Positions 28,333 to 37,692 are shown, numbered from the stretch's first letter. The stretch: 64,000 nt of DNA from an uncultured Candidatus Saccharibacteria bacterium (GCA_964392285.1 CAYMOW010000002.1:1-64000), one strand, 5' to 3'. Program-made: numbers and translations. The notes: generated from the sequence alone by a model not told the origin.

Positions 28333-28406
28333 TGACGCTACCGGGATTTGAACCCGGGTACCAAGCTTGAAAAGCTTGTGTCCTAACCAGACTAGACGAT
28401 AGCGCC
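28333..28406 (-). tRNA. tRNA-Glu (TTC)
   Basis: Reverse complement GGCGCTATCGTCTAGTCTGGTTAGGACACAAGC-TTTTCAA-GCTTGGTACCCGGGTTCAAATCCCGGTAGCGTCA. Confidence 0.8.
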
Positions 28407-28500
28407 TTTCGACTCGCTTTGCTCGCTTCAAGGCAAGCCAAGGAGAGAGTAATAGTAACATATTTTGATAAAAAGGCAAAAAATGATAGGCTGTAATTAG

Positions 28501-28587
28501 GGAAGAGTGGCTGAGTGGTTTAAGGCACCGGTTTCGAAAACCGGCGTGGGGGCAACCCCACCGTGAGTTCAAATCTCACCTCTTCCG
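28501..28587 (+). tRNA. tRNA-Ser (CGA), long variable arm
   Basis: Acceptor GGAAGAG/CTCTTCC, anticodon stem CCGGT/ACCGG with loop TTCGAAA, variable arm CGTGGGGGCAACCCCACC, T-arm GTGAG-TTCAAAT-CTCAC. Confidence 0.8.
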
Positions 28588-28589
28588 CT

Positions 28590-29771
28590 ATGATAATTCT
28601 GGGTATAGAGACAAGTTGTGATGAGACGGCAATCAGTGTCGTCAGAGCAGAGGGCGATGTCGACAAGCCGGTTTTTGAGGTGCTTGGAAGCAGTGTTCAG
28701 AGTCAGATTGATATTCACAAAGAATACGGTGGCGTCTTCCCCACCCTCGCCAAACGTGAGCACATCATAAATTTGCCTGCTGTTTTAATTGAGGCACTTA
28801 GGAAGGCAAATTTAATTTCCAATTTTCATTTTTCAATTTTCAATGAATCACAAAACCCCGAGGAGGTCTGGCAAGATTTTTTTGATAAATTGCCAAAAGT
28901 AGATGTCGACATGATTGCTGTAACCGTTGGCCCAGGACTCGAACCCGCCCTGTGGACAGGTATAAACTTCGCCCAAGAGCTGGGGAAAAGATGTGGAAAA
29001 CCTGTGGTTCCAACCAATCACATGTTGGGCCATATTGCTTCGGTGCTATTGAACAAACAAATAACCTTTCCAGCTATCGCCCTACTTGTAAGTGGCGGCC
29101 ACACTGAACTGGTCTTACTCAAAAGTTGGGCTGACAAAAAGAAAATCGGCGAAACTCAAGACGACGCGGTCGGCGAAGCTTTCGATAAGGTAGCTAGGAT
29201 GCTTGGCCTGCCCTATCCGGGTGGACCAGAAATTTCCAAACTAGCCGAAGAAGCCCGGATTCAAAATATTAACCTGGAGAAAAAGTTACCAAGACCAATG
29301 ATTAATTCTGGTGATTTTAATTTTTCTTTTTCGGGTTTAAAAACTGCTGTTTTGTATTATTTGAGAGACCTGACCTCACCCCTGACAATGGGTCCTCTTC
29401 CGTCTGGAATTCCCTCCCCTGATCAAGGGGAGGGATCAAAGGGTGGGGTGTCTTTTCAGACAAAATTAGCCGTAGCGCGAGAATTTGAAGACTCGGTCAT
29501 CGAAACTCTACTAAGCAAAACTCGCAAAGCTATCGATGCTCATTCGCCAAAAAGTTTGATCATTGGCGGTGGTGTCATCGCCAACAAAGCTCTGCGAGAA
29601 AACTTTCTCAAACTCAAAGAAGTCTACCCCAACCTCGAAATTTTCATACCCGAAAGAGAACTCACGACCGACAACGCCACCATGATCGCAATGGCCGGAT
29701 TTATAGAATACTTGCAAAATAAAACCGAAATACCCGCCAAGCTCGAAGCTCGCGGGTATTTGGAAATCTAA
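28590..29771 (+). CDS. tsaD: tRNA N6-adenosine threonylcarbamoyltransferase TsaD (Kae1/OSGEP family)
   Basis: MIILGIETSCDETAISVV start 2 nt after tRNA-Ser (the table ORF begins inside the tRNA); HMLGHI, SGGV, and a C-terminal ASKD fold. Contains an extra segment, roughly 40 aa, EALRKANLISNFHFSIFNESQ.... Confidence 0.85.
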   Translation: MIILGIETSCDETAISVVRAEGDVDKPVFEVLGSSVQSQIDIHKEYGGVFPTLAKREHIINLPAVLIEALRKANLISNFHFSIFNESQNPEEVWQDFFDKLPKVDVDMIAVTVGPGLEPALWTGINFAQELGKRCGKPVVPTNHMLGHIASVLLNKQITFPAIALLVSGGHTELVLLKSWADKKKIGETQDDAVGEAFDKVARMLGLPYPGGPEISKLAEEARIQNINLEKKLPRPMINSGDFNFSFSGLKTAVLYYLRDLTSPLTMGPLPSGIPSPDQGEGSKGGVSFQTKLAVAREFEDSVIETLLSKTRKAIDAHSPKSLIIGGGVIANKALRENFLKLKEVYPNLEIFIPERELTTDNATMIAMAGFIEYLQNKTEIPAKLEARGYLEI

Positions 29772-29785
29772 AAAGATTTTAAGTT

Positions 29786-32700
29786 TTAATTTTGATCAGC
29801 TTCCTCGATCACAAGCTCGCCTTCCGGAAGATCGGTTGGTTTCTTGCTCACGCCAGGCATAGCAACAACCGGTGAAGCTTGGTCTTTGTTGGCCAGACCA
29901 GCAGCCAAGAGAGCTGCGGCCACAGCACTAGCTTGCTTGCGCTTGCAGATCGCCGAGAAAATCAAGAACATTATAGCGAGCAAGATAAGGAAGAGTAGAC
30001 CGAAGACGATAGCCGTATCGCGAGGCGAACTGAAGAGAGTGATGGCGACATTTCGCAAAATAGATGTATCCGATTCGTCGCGATCCTCTTTGGCCAAATC
30101 AACGACCACACCAGCAACAGAACCTAGAGTGCTTGTTGCCTCGGCCGAACCAGAGACTAGAGTCGTAGTAGAAAATGTTCCACTTCTACCCACAGAACCA
30201 CCAAAACTTGATGTGTCTATTTCAACTCCACGAGATCTGAGATTTTCAAGAAGCGCTCGGAAAGCATTGATCTCATTTTGTTCTTCAGAAGTCACAGGGA
30301 AAAGAGAGCGACAGAATATTTCGTTGATCTTCTTTTTGGTCAAGATATAAACGAAGCCAGTCGGTGCATCATGACCCCAAGGTTCAAGAATATCGGCGAA
30401 GTATTTATTTTGGAATCTCGAAACAGCATCAAAGGTTGCTTGATCAAAATTCGAGTTCAAGGACAAATTTTCTTGTTCAAAGACATTTAGGAATGTTTTT
30501 AGTTTGAGCATTTCCGTTGGGTCATTGTTCCAACCCATCTTGAGGTGATCGCGCAAGTAGAAGCAGGTAGTTGCTCCAAGGATTTCACCTTGAGGACGTC
30601 GGCGACTACCGCCAAGCGATGAGCCACCACCTCCACCACCGCCGCCACCACCGCCACCAGTGTTCACTGTAATGGTTGTAGTTGCGCTAGCGCTGCCCCC
30701 AGCACCAGTACAAGAAATACTGTACTCGGTTGTAGAACCCGGAGTTACAGAAGCTGTGCCTGAGGTTGAGGTTGCGCTCGTCCAAGCTGCGCTACAAGAA
30801 GTTGCGTTGGTAGAACTCCAAGATAGAGTCGAGGAATTGCCTTTATCGATCGTTGAAGGATTGCCAGTCAAAGTCACAGTCGGCTTTGGATCAGGATTGG
30901 AGATCGGGTTTACAATTATTGTGGTTGTCGAAGTTGCATTACCACCTGATCCGGTACAGGTGATTGAATAAGTTGTAGTTGTAGCTGGAGAAAGTATTGC
31001 ACTACCAGAAGTTGAGGTGGCACTAGTCCAAGCCGCACTACAAGAATTTGTATTATTTGAAGTCCAAGAAAGAGTTGTTGTAGCCCCAATGGTGATAGTC
31101 GAAGGATTGCCAGTCAAATTTACTGAAGGTAGTAGTGGTCCACCGCCTTGTGGCTTGACGATAACTGTCCTTGTGGTTGAAGCACTAAGTCCACCCGAGT
31201 CGGTCACGGTGTAAGTAAGAGTATAAGTACCAGTTGTCGAAGCGTTGACACTGCCGGTTTTTACAATAACAGAAGTCAAATTGCCATCTTCAAGATCGTT
31301 TGCAGTTGCGCCCGGGTCAGTAAAGACATTGCCCACAATTATTTCAATTGGGTTTGCACCAACCAAAGTGATAGTTGGTGGGGTGTTGACCGGAGCGGTA
31401 GTACAAGGCAATTCAATCGAATCGATGGTAAAGTCAATACCATTTCTCGATGTTGCATCGATAAGCAAACTTATTGCGCCGACATTGCTCATATTGGCAC
31501 CACTACCAAGGAATGGCGTAAAGCTACTGAATGGCACACTGCCATTAAGGACAGTGTTACTAGCACCATAAAGCTCAAGGACAGCTTGAGAAGCATTATT
31601 GGCATCAGTATAGACTCTAAAGGTCAAAGTAACCTTTTTGTTGTCAACAAAATCTGCACTGTAAGTAAAGTTTATTCTATTTCTTTGACCGTTCAAGGAC
31701 AAATCTTTACCATTCAGACCTGTATAATTTATAACATTGGCATTAGTATCCTTGCCATCCCAAACCAGAAGAACAGTGCTTTTGGTATTAGCTCCGTTGG
31801 AAAGAGCAAAGGCACCAGAAGTCGTATCTGTAAAATCAGAGAAACTAGCTGAACCTATTCTGGTAATAGTATGAAATACATCGAGTTCGCCACCAAGACC
31901 CGAAGTGTCTACATAGTGCATCAATCTTGACGAACTAGGTGTCTCATAGGTTATGGCTTGATAGGCATTTGAGAAATGATCGACAACTAAAGGACATTGA
32001 CCACCGATCGGAGGCGGCACAACCGGATTACAACTATTGACCGTAACCTTTACAACCAAATCATTAAAATCATTGTCAGATTCAGATGAAGGTAAGTCTT
32101 CAAAACCAATCAAGAATACATTGTTGTCGATTTCATAAACCACAGCGTGATCCGTAGCGTCTTGGTTGTTAGCTATCTTGGTCGAATAGTATCTGCCACT
32201 ACCAGTGTTGATTACAAAAGCAATCTCTGAGTTGGCAGGCAGATCAAAATTTGCCGTTTGACCAACCGAAAGAGTTGGAGCAGATGAGTGGTCGGTATTG
32301 ACACCATTCTTAAAGACCGGAACAAAGGAACCAGATGAGGTGCTAAAACCGAAAGCCGAGTCTAGTACGGCATCGCGATGAATATATTCCACTGTAACCG
32401 AAGTCGTGGCTTGAGTATTCCAAATCTGAAACTGCTTCTGATCATTGATAACATTCAAACCATAACCTTTGGTGGTAATAACGTCTTGCAAAGACAATGG
32501 TCCAGTGCCTGGAACGACTGGTTCGACAGAACCATCACCCAAAGTACTCGGCAGAGCACAGGTGTGAGTAATAGTTTTTGGCACGACATTTACAACTCTA
32601 TTCACAGTAACCGAAGAACCCTTGGAATCAGCAACAGTGTAAGAGATAGTATAGGAGCCGGTGCTTGAAGCATTGACCGTGCCCGACTTTTGGATCTGAG

Positions 32701-33544
32701 AAGTCAAATCCCCGTCTTCGGCATCAGTCGAAGTAGCACCCGGATCAACAAAAGGTGTATTGACGACGATAGTCATCGGATTATTGCCAAGCAAAGTCAA
32801 AACCGGAGGCGTGTTGGCTGGAGGTACAACCGGGCCACCACCATTATCCTGAACGCAATTTACACTAACTGAATCGATAAACATACCGTAGCCAGAAGGA
32901 TTGTTATCGACTCCTTGATCGATAAAAGATAAGTAAGTCTCAGAAGTTGTAGCCACAAATTCATACTGCTTGACGGTCCAAGCAGTGTTCATATTGTTTG
33001 CATTATCAACAATGTTAGCAATGAGAGATCCATTGAAATAAACAGAAACATTGTTGTCAGCAGAAGTCTGCTGAGGACGAGGCGAGTAAGCAAAAGTAAG
33101 TTTGTATTTTGTGCCAGCATTTGTAGAAAGCTTATTCATTACAGGCACATCAAGACCGCCATCGATTTCAGCATATTGATTGCCTTGATACGGTGCCCAA
33201 GGTAAAACATCATCAGCTTTGAGACCGGCCTGAACTTCCAAACCATATTTGGTCGCAGTAGACTCCCAGCCAAGGTTTTGAGTATTCCAAGGGAAGATCT
33301 GCCATTTGTCCTGATGAGTTACAACCACATCTTCAAAGCCGCCATTTTTGACCAACTCGATATTTGGGTCACAAGCAGGAACAGCCAAACTCAAATTTTG
33401 TACGGAAAGATTCTCAGTGTTTTCAGTAGAGTCAGTTTGCTCGGTATTTGTATTGTTCGACTCTTCGGCAAAGGCCACCAAAGGTGAAAATACAAACGAG
33501 ATTGCAAGGAAAGATACGGCTGTGTTTTTGATAATGTTTTTCAT
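29786..33544 (-). CDS. very large (1252 aa) cell-surface protein
   Basis: Signal peptide MKNIIKNTAVSFLAISFVFSPLVAFA. Two roughly 90-aa repeats NTPP(V/T)(L/I)TL(L/V)G(N/A)NP..VDPGATS(T/A)D.EDG(D/N)LTS. Two roughly 95-aa repeats VxLTGNPSTI..G.S.TLSWSS.N...CSAAWTSATSTSG. GGGGGGGGGGGGSS tract. PG_binding_1-like segment LKLKTFLNVFEQENL...FDQATFDAVSRFQNKY. C-terminal TM FGLLFLILLAIMFLIFSAI. Confidence 0.75.
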   Translation of the reverse strand: MKNIIKNTAVSFLAISFVFSPLVAFAEESNNTNTEQTDSTENTENLSVQNLSLAVPACDPNIELVKNGGFEDVVVTHQDKWQIFPWNTQNLGWESTATKYGLEVQAGLKADDVLPWAPYQGNQYAEIDGGLDVPVMNKLSTNAGTKYKLTFAYSPRPQQTSADNNVSVYFNGSLIANIVDNANNMNTAWTVKQYEFVATTSETYLSFIDQGVDNNPSGYGMFIDSVSVNCVQDNGGGPVVPPANTPPVLTLLGNNPMTIVVNTPFVDPGATSTDAEDGDLTSQIQKSGTVNASSTGSYTISYTVADSKGSSVTVNRVVNVVPKTITHTCALPSTLGDGSVEPVVPGTGPLSLQDVITTKGYGLNVINDQKQFQIWNTQATTSVTVEYIHRDAVLDSAFGFSTSSGSFVPVFKNGVNTDHSSAPTLSVGQTANFDLPANSEIAFVINTGSGRYYSTKIANNQDATDHAVVYEIDNNVFLIGFEDLPSSESDNDFNDLVVKVTVNSCNPVVPPPIGGQCPLVVDHFSNAYQAITYETPSSSRLMHYVDTSGLGGELDVFHTITRIGSASFSDFTDTTSGAFALSNGANTKSTVLLVWDGKDTNANVINYTGLNGKDLSLNGQRNRINFTYSADFVDNKKVTLTFRVYTDANNASQAVLELYGASNTVLNGSVPFSSFTPFLGSGANMSNVGAISLLIDATSRNGIDFTIDSIELPCTTAPVNTPPTITLVGANPIEIIVGNVFTDPGATANDLEDGNLTSVIVKTGSVNASTTGTYTLTYTVTDSGGLSASTTRTVIVKPQGGGPLLPSVNLTGNPSTITIGATTTLSWTSNNTNSCSAAWTSATSTSGSAILSPATTTTYSITCTGSGGNATSTTTIIVNPISNPDPKPTVTLTGNPSTIDKGNSSTLSWSSTNATSCSAAWTSATSTSGTASVTPGSTTEYSISCTGAGGSASATTTITVNTGGGGGGGGGGGGSSLGGSRRRPQGEILGATTCFYLRDHLKMGWNNDPTEMLKLKTFLNVFEQENLSLNSNFDQATFDAVSRFQNKYFADILEPWGHDAPTGFVYILTKKKINEIFCRSLFPVTSEEQNEINAFRALLENLRSRGVEIDTSSFGGSVGRSGTFSTTTLVSGSAEATSTLGSVAGVVVDLAKEDRDESDTSILRNVAITLFSSPRDTAIVFGLLFLILLAIMFLIFSAICKRKQASAVAAALLAAGLANKDQASPVVAMPGVSKKPTDLPEGELVIEEADQN

Positions 33545-33908
33545 GGCGACTTGTTAAAATTTTTAAGAAGTTTTAATGATTAAATCGAATTTTGTTGTGC
33601 GTGCGCATACTATAATATTTATATACTTTTGTAAAGAGCGGGCCAAAATTGACCATGTGATAAATATCCTTATTTATAGCCTTTTTTTGAAAAAATCTGA
33701 ATTTTTGATTTTTTTGTCCTTTATAAAAACCTGAAAGTCCTTTATAGGACAGAAAAAAGTTATAAAAAGATTGATTAATTTTATAAAAGACAAAAAGCGA
33801 CAAAGTAGCCCTTGCAGAGTCTTTTATACCAATTAAAGCCCAAACCAAGCTAAAGCGATGTCTTGGCCAAATTTTGAAAAAGAGACCATTTAATATAGTA
33901 TTGTCTAT

Positions 33909-36044
33909 ATGAACGAAGAGCTCAAAAAACCCTACAATCCAAAAGAAGTTGAGGAAAAAATATACAAACAATGGGAAGAGAGTGGTTATTTCAATCCCGA
34001 TGTCTGTATTGAAAAAGGTTTGACAAATCTTGAAGCACCAACTTTTTCTATGGTTCTACCGCCACCAAATGTAACTGGTTCCTTGCACATCGGTCACGCC
34101 TTTGAGGACAGCTTGCAAGATGTCGCCGTAAGATACAAAAGGATGAAGGGTTTAAGAACTTTATGGATCCCCGGTACAGACCATGCCGCCATAGCCACCC
34201 AATCAAAAGTCGAGAAAATTTTGGAGAAAGAAGGATTGAAAAGAAAAGAATTGGGCAGAGAAAAATTTCTAGCCAAAACCAAAGAATTTGCTGAGACAAG
34301 CAAAAACACCATCGTGAGCCAAATCAGAAGAATGGGCGCCTCTCTTGATTGGTCGCGTGAGGCGTTCACTCTAGACAAAAAAAGAGAGTTTGCCGTCAGG
34401 ACAGCTTTCAAAAAACTTTTTGACCTTGGTCTTATTTATCGAGGCTACAAAGTTATCAACTGGGACCCGAAGGGTCAGACTGTTATTTCCGATGATGAAG
34501 TAGTACACGAAGAACGGTCCAGCCAGCTCTACACATTCAAATACTGGTCCGACTTCCCTATCTACATTTCCACTACCAGACCAGAAACCAAAATCGGTGA
34601 CGTAGCCGTAGCTGTAAACCCAAAAGATTCACGTTACCAAAAATATATCGGGCAGATATTCGAGGGAGACTTTGTCGGGTACCAACTGAAAATCAAAATA
34701 ATTGGTGATCACACAATCGACCCTGAATTCGGTACTGGAGCAGTTGGTATCACCCCAACTCACAGTCAGATAGACGCCGAAATAGCCGATCGGCACCAAT
34801 TGGAAGGTATACCGGTTATAGACCAATACGCCAAAATATCGATCGGACCACTCGCTGGGCTGAAAACCATCGAGGCTCGCCAAAAAATTATTGACCAACT
34901 AAAAGATTCTGGATTATTAGAAAAAGAGGAAGAGATCAAGATCAATATATCTTTGGCTGAAAGGACAGGTGGTGTCATAGAACCCCTACCCAAATTGCAA
35001 TGGTTTATTGCGGTCAACAAACCATTAGAGTCCGGTAAGACATTGAAAAATTTGATGCAAGAAGCAGTGTCCGAGGGTGAAATAAGAATAATCCCAGAAA
35101 ATTTTGAAAAGATTTATTACAACTGGATAGATAATTTGCGCGATTGGTGTATCTCGCGTCAGATTTGGTATGGCCACCAAATTCCAGTCTGGTATCGCGG
35201 AGAAGAGGTTTGGGTAGACACCGAAGACCCAGAAGGTGAAGGTTGGGTTCAAGACGAAGACACTTTGGATACTTGGTTTTCCTCAGCCCTTTGGACATTT
35301 TCGACCTTAGGTTGGCCAGGAGAAACTCCAGATCTCAAAGACTACCACCCAACGAGCTTGATGGCACCTGGCTATGAGATTCTCTTTTTCTGGGTCGCTC
35401 GAATGATTTTGATGTCTAAAACATTACTTGGAAACATTCCTTTCAGAACCGTTTACATCCACGGCATCGTCAGAGATAAAAACGGCAACAAGTTTAGCAA
35501 ATCTGCCGGCAACGGTGTTGATCCAATAGAAGTAATCGAAGAATACGGGGCCGATGCTTTGCGAATGGCGCTTTTGGTTGGTGTCGGACCTGGCAACGAC
35601 AGCAAATACGATCAGAACAAAGTAAAAGCCTACAAGCATTTTGCTAACAAGATTTGGAACGCTTCGCGCTTTGTTTTGGAGCAAACCGCAGGACAGCCAA
35701 TCGCCAACATTGACCAACTGACCGAGGCAGACAGAAAAATTCTTGAAGATTTTGCGTCTTTCCTCAAAGATCTAACATCAGATATGGAAAATTATCGCTT
35801 CTACTTGGCAAGCGAAAAAATCTACCACTATTTTTGGCACACCTTTGCCGACAAAATCATCGAAGACACCAAGGAACGCATCAGATCAGACCAAGAAGCC
35901 GAATCAGCGCGCTTTGTACTCATTCACCTACTTGAAAATCAGCTCAAAGTCTTGCATCCCTTTATGCCGTTTATAACAGAAAAGATTTGGAGCTTACTGC
36001 CAAACCGCAAAAACTTGCTCATAGTGGAAAAGTGGCCCGATTAA
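33909..36044 (+). CDS. valS: valyl-tRNA synthetase (short form, no C-terminal coiled-coil)
   Basis: PPPNVTGSLHIGHA (HIGH), KFSKS (KMSKS), an editing domain, and an anticodon-binding domain. Confidence 0.85.
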   Translation: MNEELKKPYNPKEVEEKIYKQWEESGYFNPDVCIEKGLTNLEAPTFSMVLPPPNVTGSLHIGHAFEDSLQDVAVRYKRMKGLRTLWIPGTDHAAIATQSKVEKILEKEGLKRKELGREKFLAKTKEFAETSKNTIVSQIRRMGASLDWSREAFTLDKKREFAVRTAFKKLFDLGLIYRGYKVINWDPKGQTVISDDEVVHEERSSQLYTFKYWSDFPIYISTTRPETKIGDVAVAVNPKDSRYQKYIGQIFEGDFVGYQLKIKIIGDHTIDPEFGTGAVGITPTHSQIDAEIADRHQLEGIPVIDQYAKISIGPLAGLKTIEARQKIIDQLKDSGLLEKEEEIKINISLAERTGGVIEPLPKLQWFIAVNKPLESGKTLKNLMQEAVSEGEIRIIPENFEKIYYNWIDNLRDWCISRQIWYGHQIPVWYRGEEVWVDTEDPEGEGWVQDEDTLDTWFSSALWTFSTLGWPGETPDLKDYHPTSLMAPGYEILFFWVARMILMSKTLLGNIPFRTVYIHGIVRDKNGNKFSKSAGNGVDPIEVIEEYGADALRMALLVGVGPGNDSKYDQNKVKAYKHFANKIWNASRFVLEQTAGQPIANIDQLTEADRKILEDFASFLKDLTSDMENYRFYLASEKIYHYFWHTFADKIIEDTKERIRSDQEAESARFVLIHLLENQLKVLHPFMPFITEKIWSLLPNRKNLLIVEKWPD

Positions 36045-36069
36045 ATTTAACCTCTGCTATAATAGAACA

Positions 36070-36757
36070 AATGAACACCGGGATTACTTTGTTTCTTTCA
36101 CTTTTAGGTGGTGTCTTGCCGGCTTTGCTCTGGCTTTGGTTTTGGCGCAAAGAAGATCGCCTACACCCCGAACCACGACGCCAAGTGGCTCTGGTCTTCC
36201 TCTGTGGAATGCTTGCGGTTATCTTGGTTTTGCCACTCGAGCGATTCATCTACTCACTCGTCGGTAACAATGTAAATAATCTGACAATCGCACTCTGGGC
36301 CAGCGCCGAGGAGATTTTCAAATTTTTGGCCGTCTATCTTGCGGTCTTTCGCAGTCGCGAAATGGACGAACCTATAGATGCGAGCCTCTATATGATCACC
36401 GGCGCCTTGGGTTTTTCGGCTCTCGAAAATACATTTTTCCTCTGGCACCTGATCGATGACGGACTCTTTACCCAAAGCATTATTACCGGCAACATGCGCT
36501 TCCTTGGTGCTACCCTGCTTCACACGGCAAGTTCGGCTTGTATCGGTATCCTCTATGGTTTGGCTTTTTATAAGAGCTGCCTAACCAGAAAGATTGTTTT
36601 GTTTTCCGGACTTTTGGTAGCGATCGTATTGCATACCATTTTCAACTTGCTTATAATAAATGCTGGCAAGAATATCTTTTTCATCTTCGCCGGAATTTGG
36701 GTTGTTATAACTTTCCTGATTGTCGCAATGGAAAAAGTCAAAAAAGTTCACGCTTAA
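36070..36757 (+). CDS. prsW: PrsW-family intramembrane protease
   Basis: LLWLWFWRKEDRLHPEP, EEIFK (EExxK), and HTASSACIGILYG. Start moved to ATG at 36070 to avoid a 58-nt overlap with valS. Confidence 0.65.
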
Positions 36758-36767
36758 TTAAAATCAT

Positions 36768-37214
36768 ATGAAAAAAAGATCATTTTTTGAAAGACTCACC
36801 GGCTCAATCTCTCTGCCAGACGAAGTCGATGTCGAAATCGAAACCACGCCAAGAAACGAAGGCTGGATAAACGACCAACCCGAAGAGGGCGAGCTCTCCG
36901 TCGATGTCTTCCAAAACCAAAACGAAATCGTGATCAAGACAATGGTCGCTGGCGTAAAGCCTGAAGACCTCGATGTCTCAATCTCGCGCGATATGGTCGC
37001 AATCAAAGGCAAGCGCGAGAACGAGCGTACTATCGCCGATGACGACTATTTTCATCGCGAGCTTTATTGGGGCACCTTTTCACGCACAGTCGTCCTACCT
37101 CAAGAAATCGACGTCGATGCCGCCGAGGCGATCGAAAAGCACGGCCTCCTTATCATCAAACTGCCCAAACTCGACAAAAACCGCCAAACCCGCCTCAAAG
37201 TCAGGGGTAATTAA
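36768..37214 (+). CDS. Hsp20/alpha-crystallin small heat-shock protein
   Basis: LSVDVFQNQNEIVIKTMVAGVKPEDLDVSI...FSRTVVLPQEIDVDAAEAIEKHGLLIIKLPK, the ACD fold pattern. Confidence 0.85.
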   Translation: MKKRSFFERLTGSISLPDEVDVEIETTPRNEGWINDQPEEGELSVDVFQNQNEIVIKTMVAGVKPEDLDVSISRDMVAIKGKRENERTIADDDYFHRELYWGTFSRTVVLPQEIDVDAAEAIEKHGLLIIKLPKLDKNRQTRLKVRGN

Positions 37215-37298
37215 ATTACACCACAATTTTCAAATGGAAGAGGGTCACCCTCTTCCATTTTGATTTTATGGTCTAGTTTTATTTAAAAATATGCTTGG

Positions 37299-37371
37299 TG
37301 CCGAGGGGCGGGCTCGAACCGCCGACCTATCGCTCTTCAGGCGAGCGCTCTACCAACTGAGCTACCTCGGC
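37299..37371 (-). tRNA. tRNA-Phe (GAA)
   Basis: Reverse complement GCCGAGGTAGCTCAGTTGGTAGAGCGCTCGC-CTGAAGA-GCGATAGGTCGGCGGTTCGAGCCCGCCCCTCGGCA. Confidence 0.8.
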
Positions 37372-37436
37372 AATAACAGCTATAATACTAAAACTCAGAC
37401 CTTTTGCAAAATCTCAACCAAAGCTCTTTTTGATCT

Positions 37437-37682
37437 CTACCTAAACAAATCGCCGAAGTTGCGCAAGTCGCCCTTGATATTGCCATAGACGTTGATGGCT
37501 TCGTTGATATAGGGATCGATATAATAGTAGATACCAATAGCCGCGCCGATTATAAGCACCCAGTAAGCAATGCGGAAGACTCGCCCCCAAATCATCTGCC
37601 GACGAATACTATGAAGCATTTTGTTGTTCTCTTGGGCCAACTCGAGCGTCTTTTTGAGTAAAGCTTTTTCTTCTTCGTTCAT
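37437..37682 (-). CDS. hypothetical small membrane protein
   Basis: ORF 37437..37757 trimmed to the internal ATG (MNEEEKALLKK...) to avoid overlap with the glutaredoxin gene; one C-terminal TM (WVLIIGAAIGIYYYI). Confidence 0.4.
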   Translation of the reverse strand: MNEEEKALLKKTLELAQENNKMLHSIRRQMIWGRVFRIAYWVLIIGAAIGIYYYIDPYINEAINVYGNIKGDLRNFGDLFR

Positions 37683-37692
37683 ATTTTTATTA

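Noticed and set aside
28321-28441. N-terminal 40 codons of the table ORF 27536..28441 (MACLEASKASRKALSSSLVRTQAFQAWYPGSNPGSVTNIK)
   Set aside because: These codons are the antisense translation of tRNA-Glu. GFEPGYQA is the T-arm. The MTase most plausibly starts at ATG 28321.
30600-30670. GGN-repeat DNA flagged as a possible independent simple-sequence repeat or contingency locus
   Set aside because: It is in frame within the large surface-protein gene and encodes a poly-Gly linker, so any slippage is frame-preserving. It is kept only as part of the surface-protein finding.
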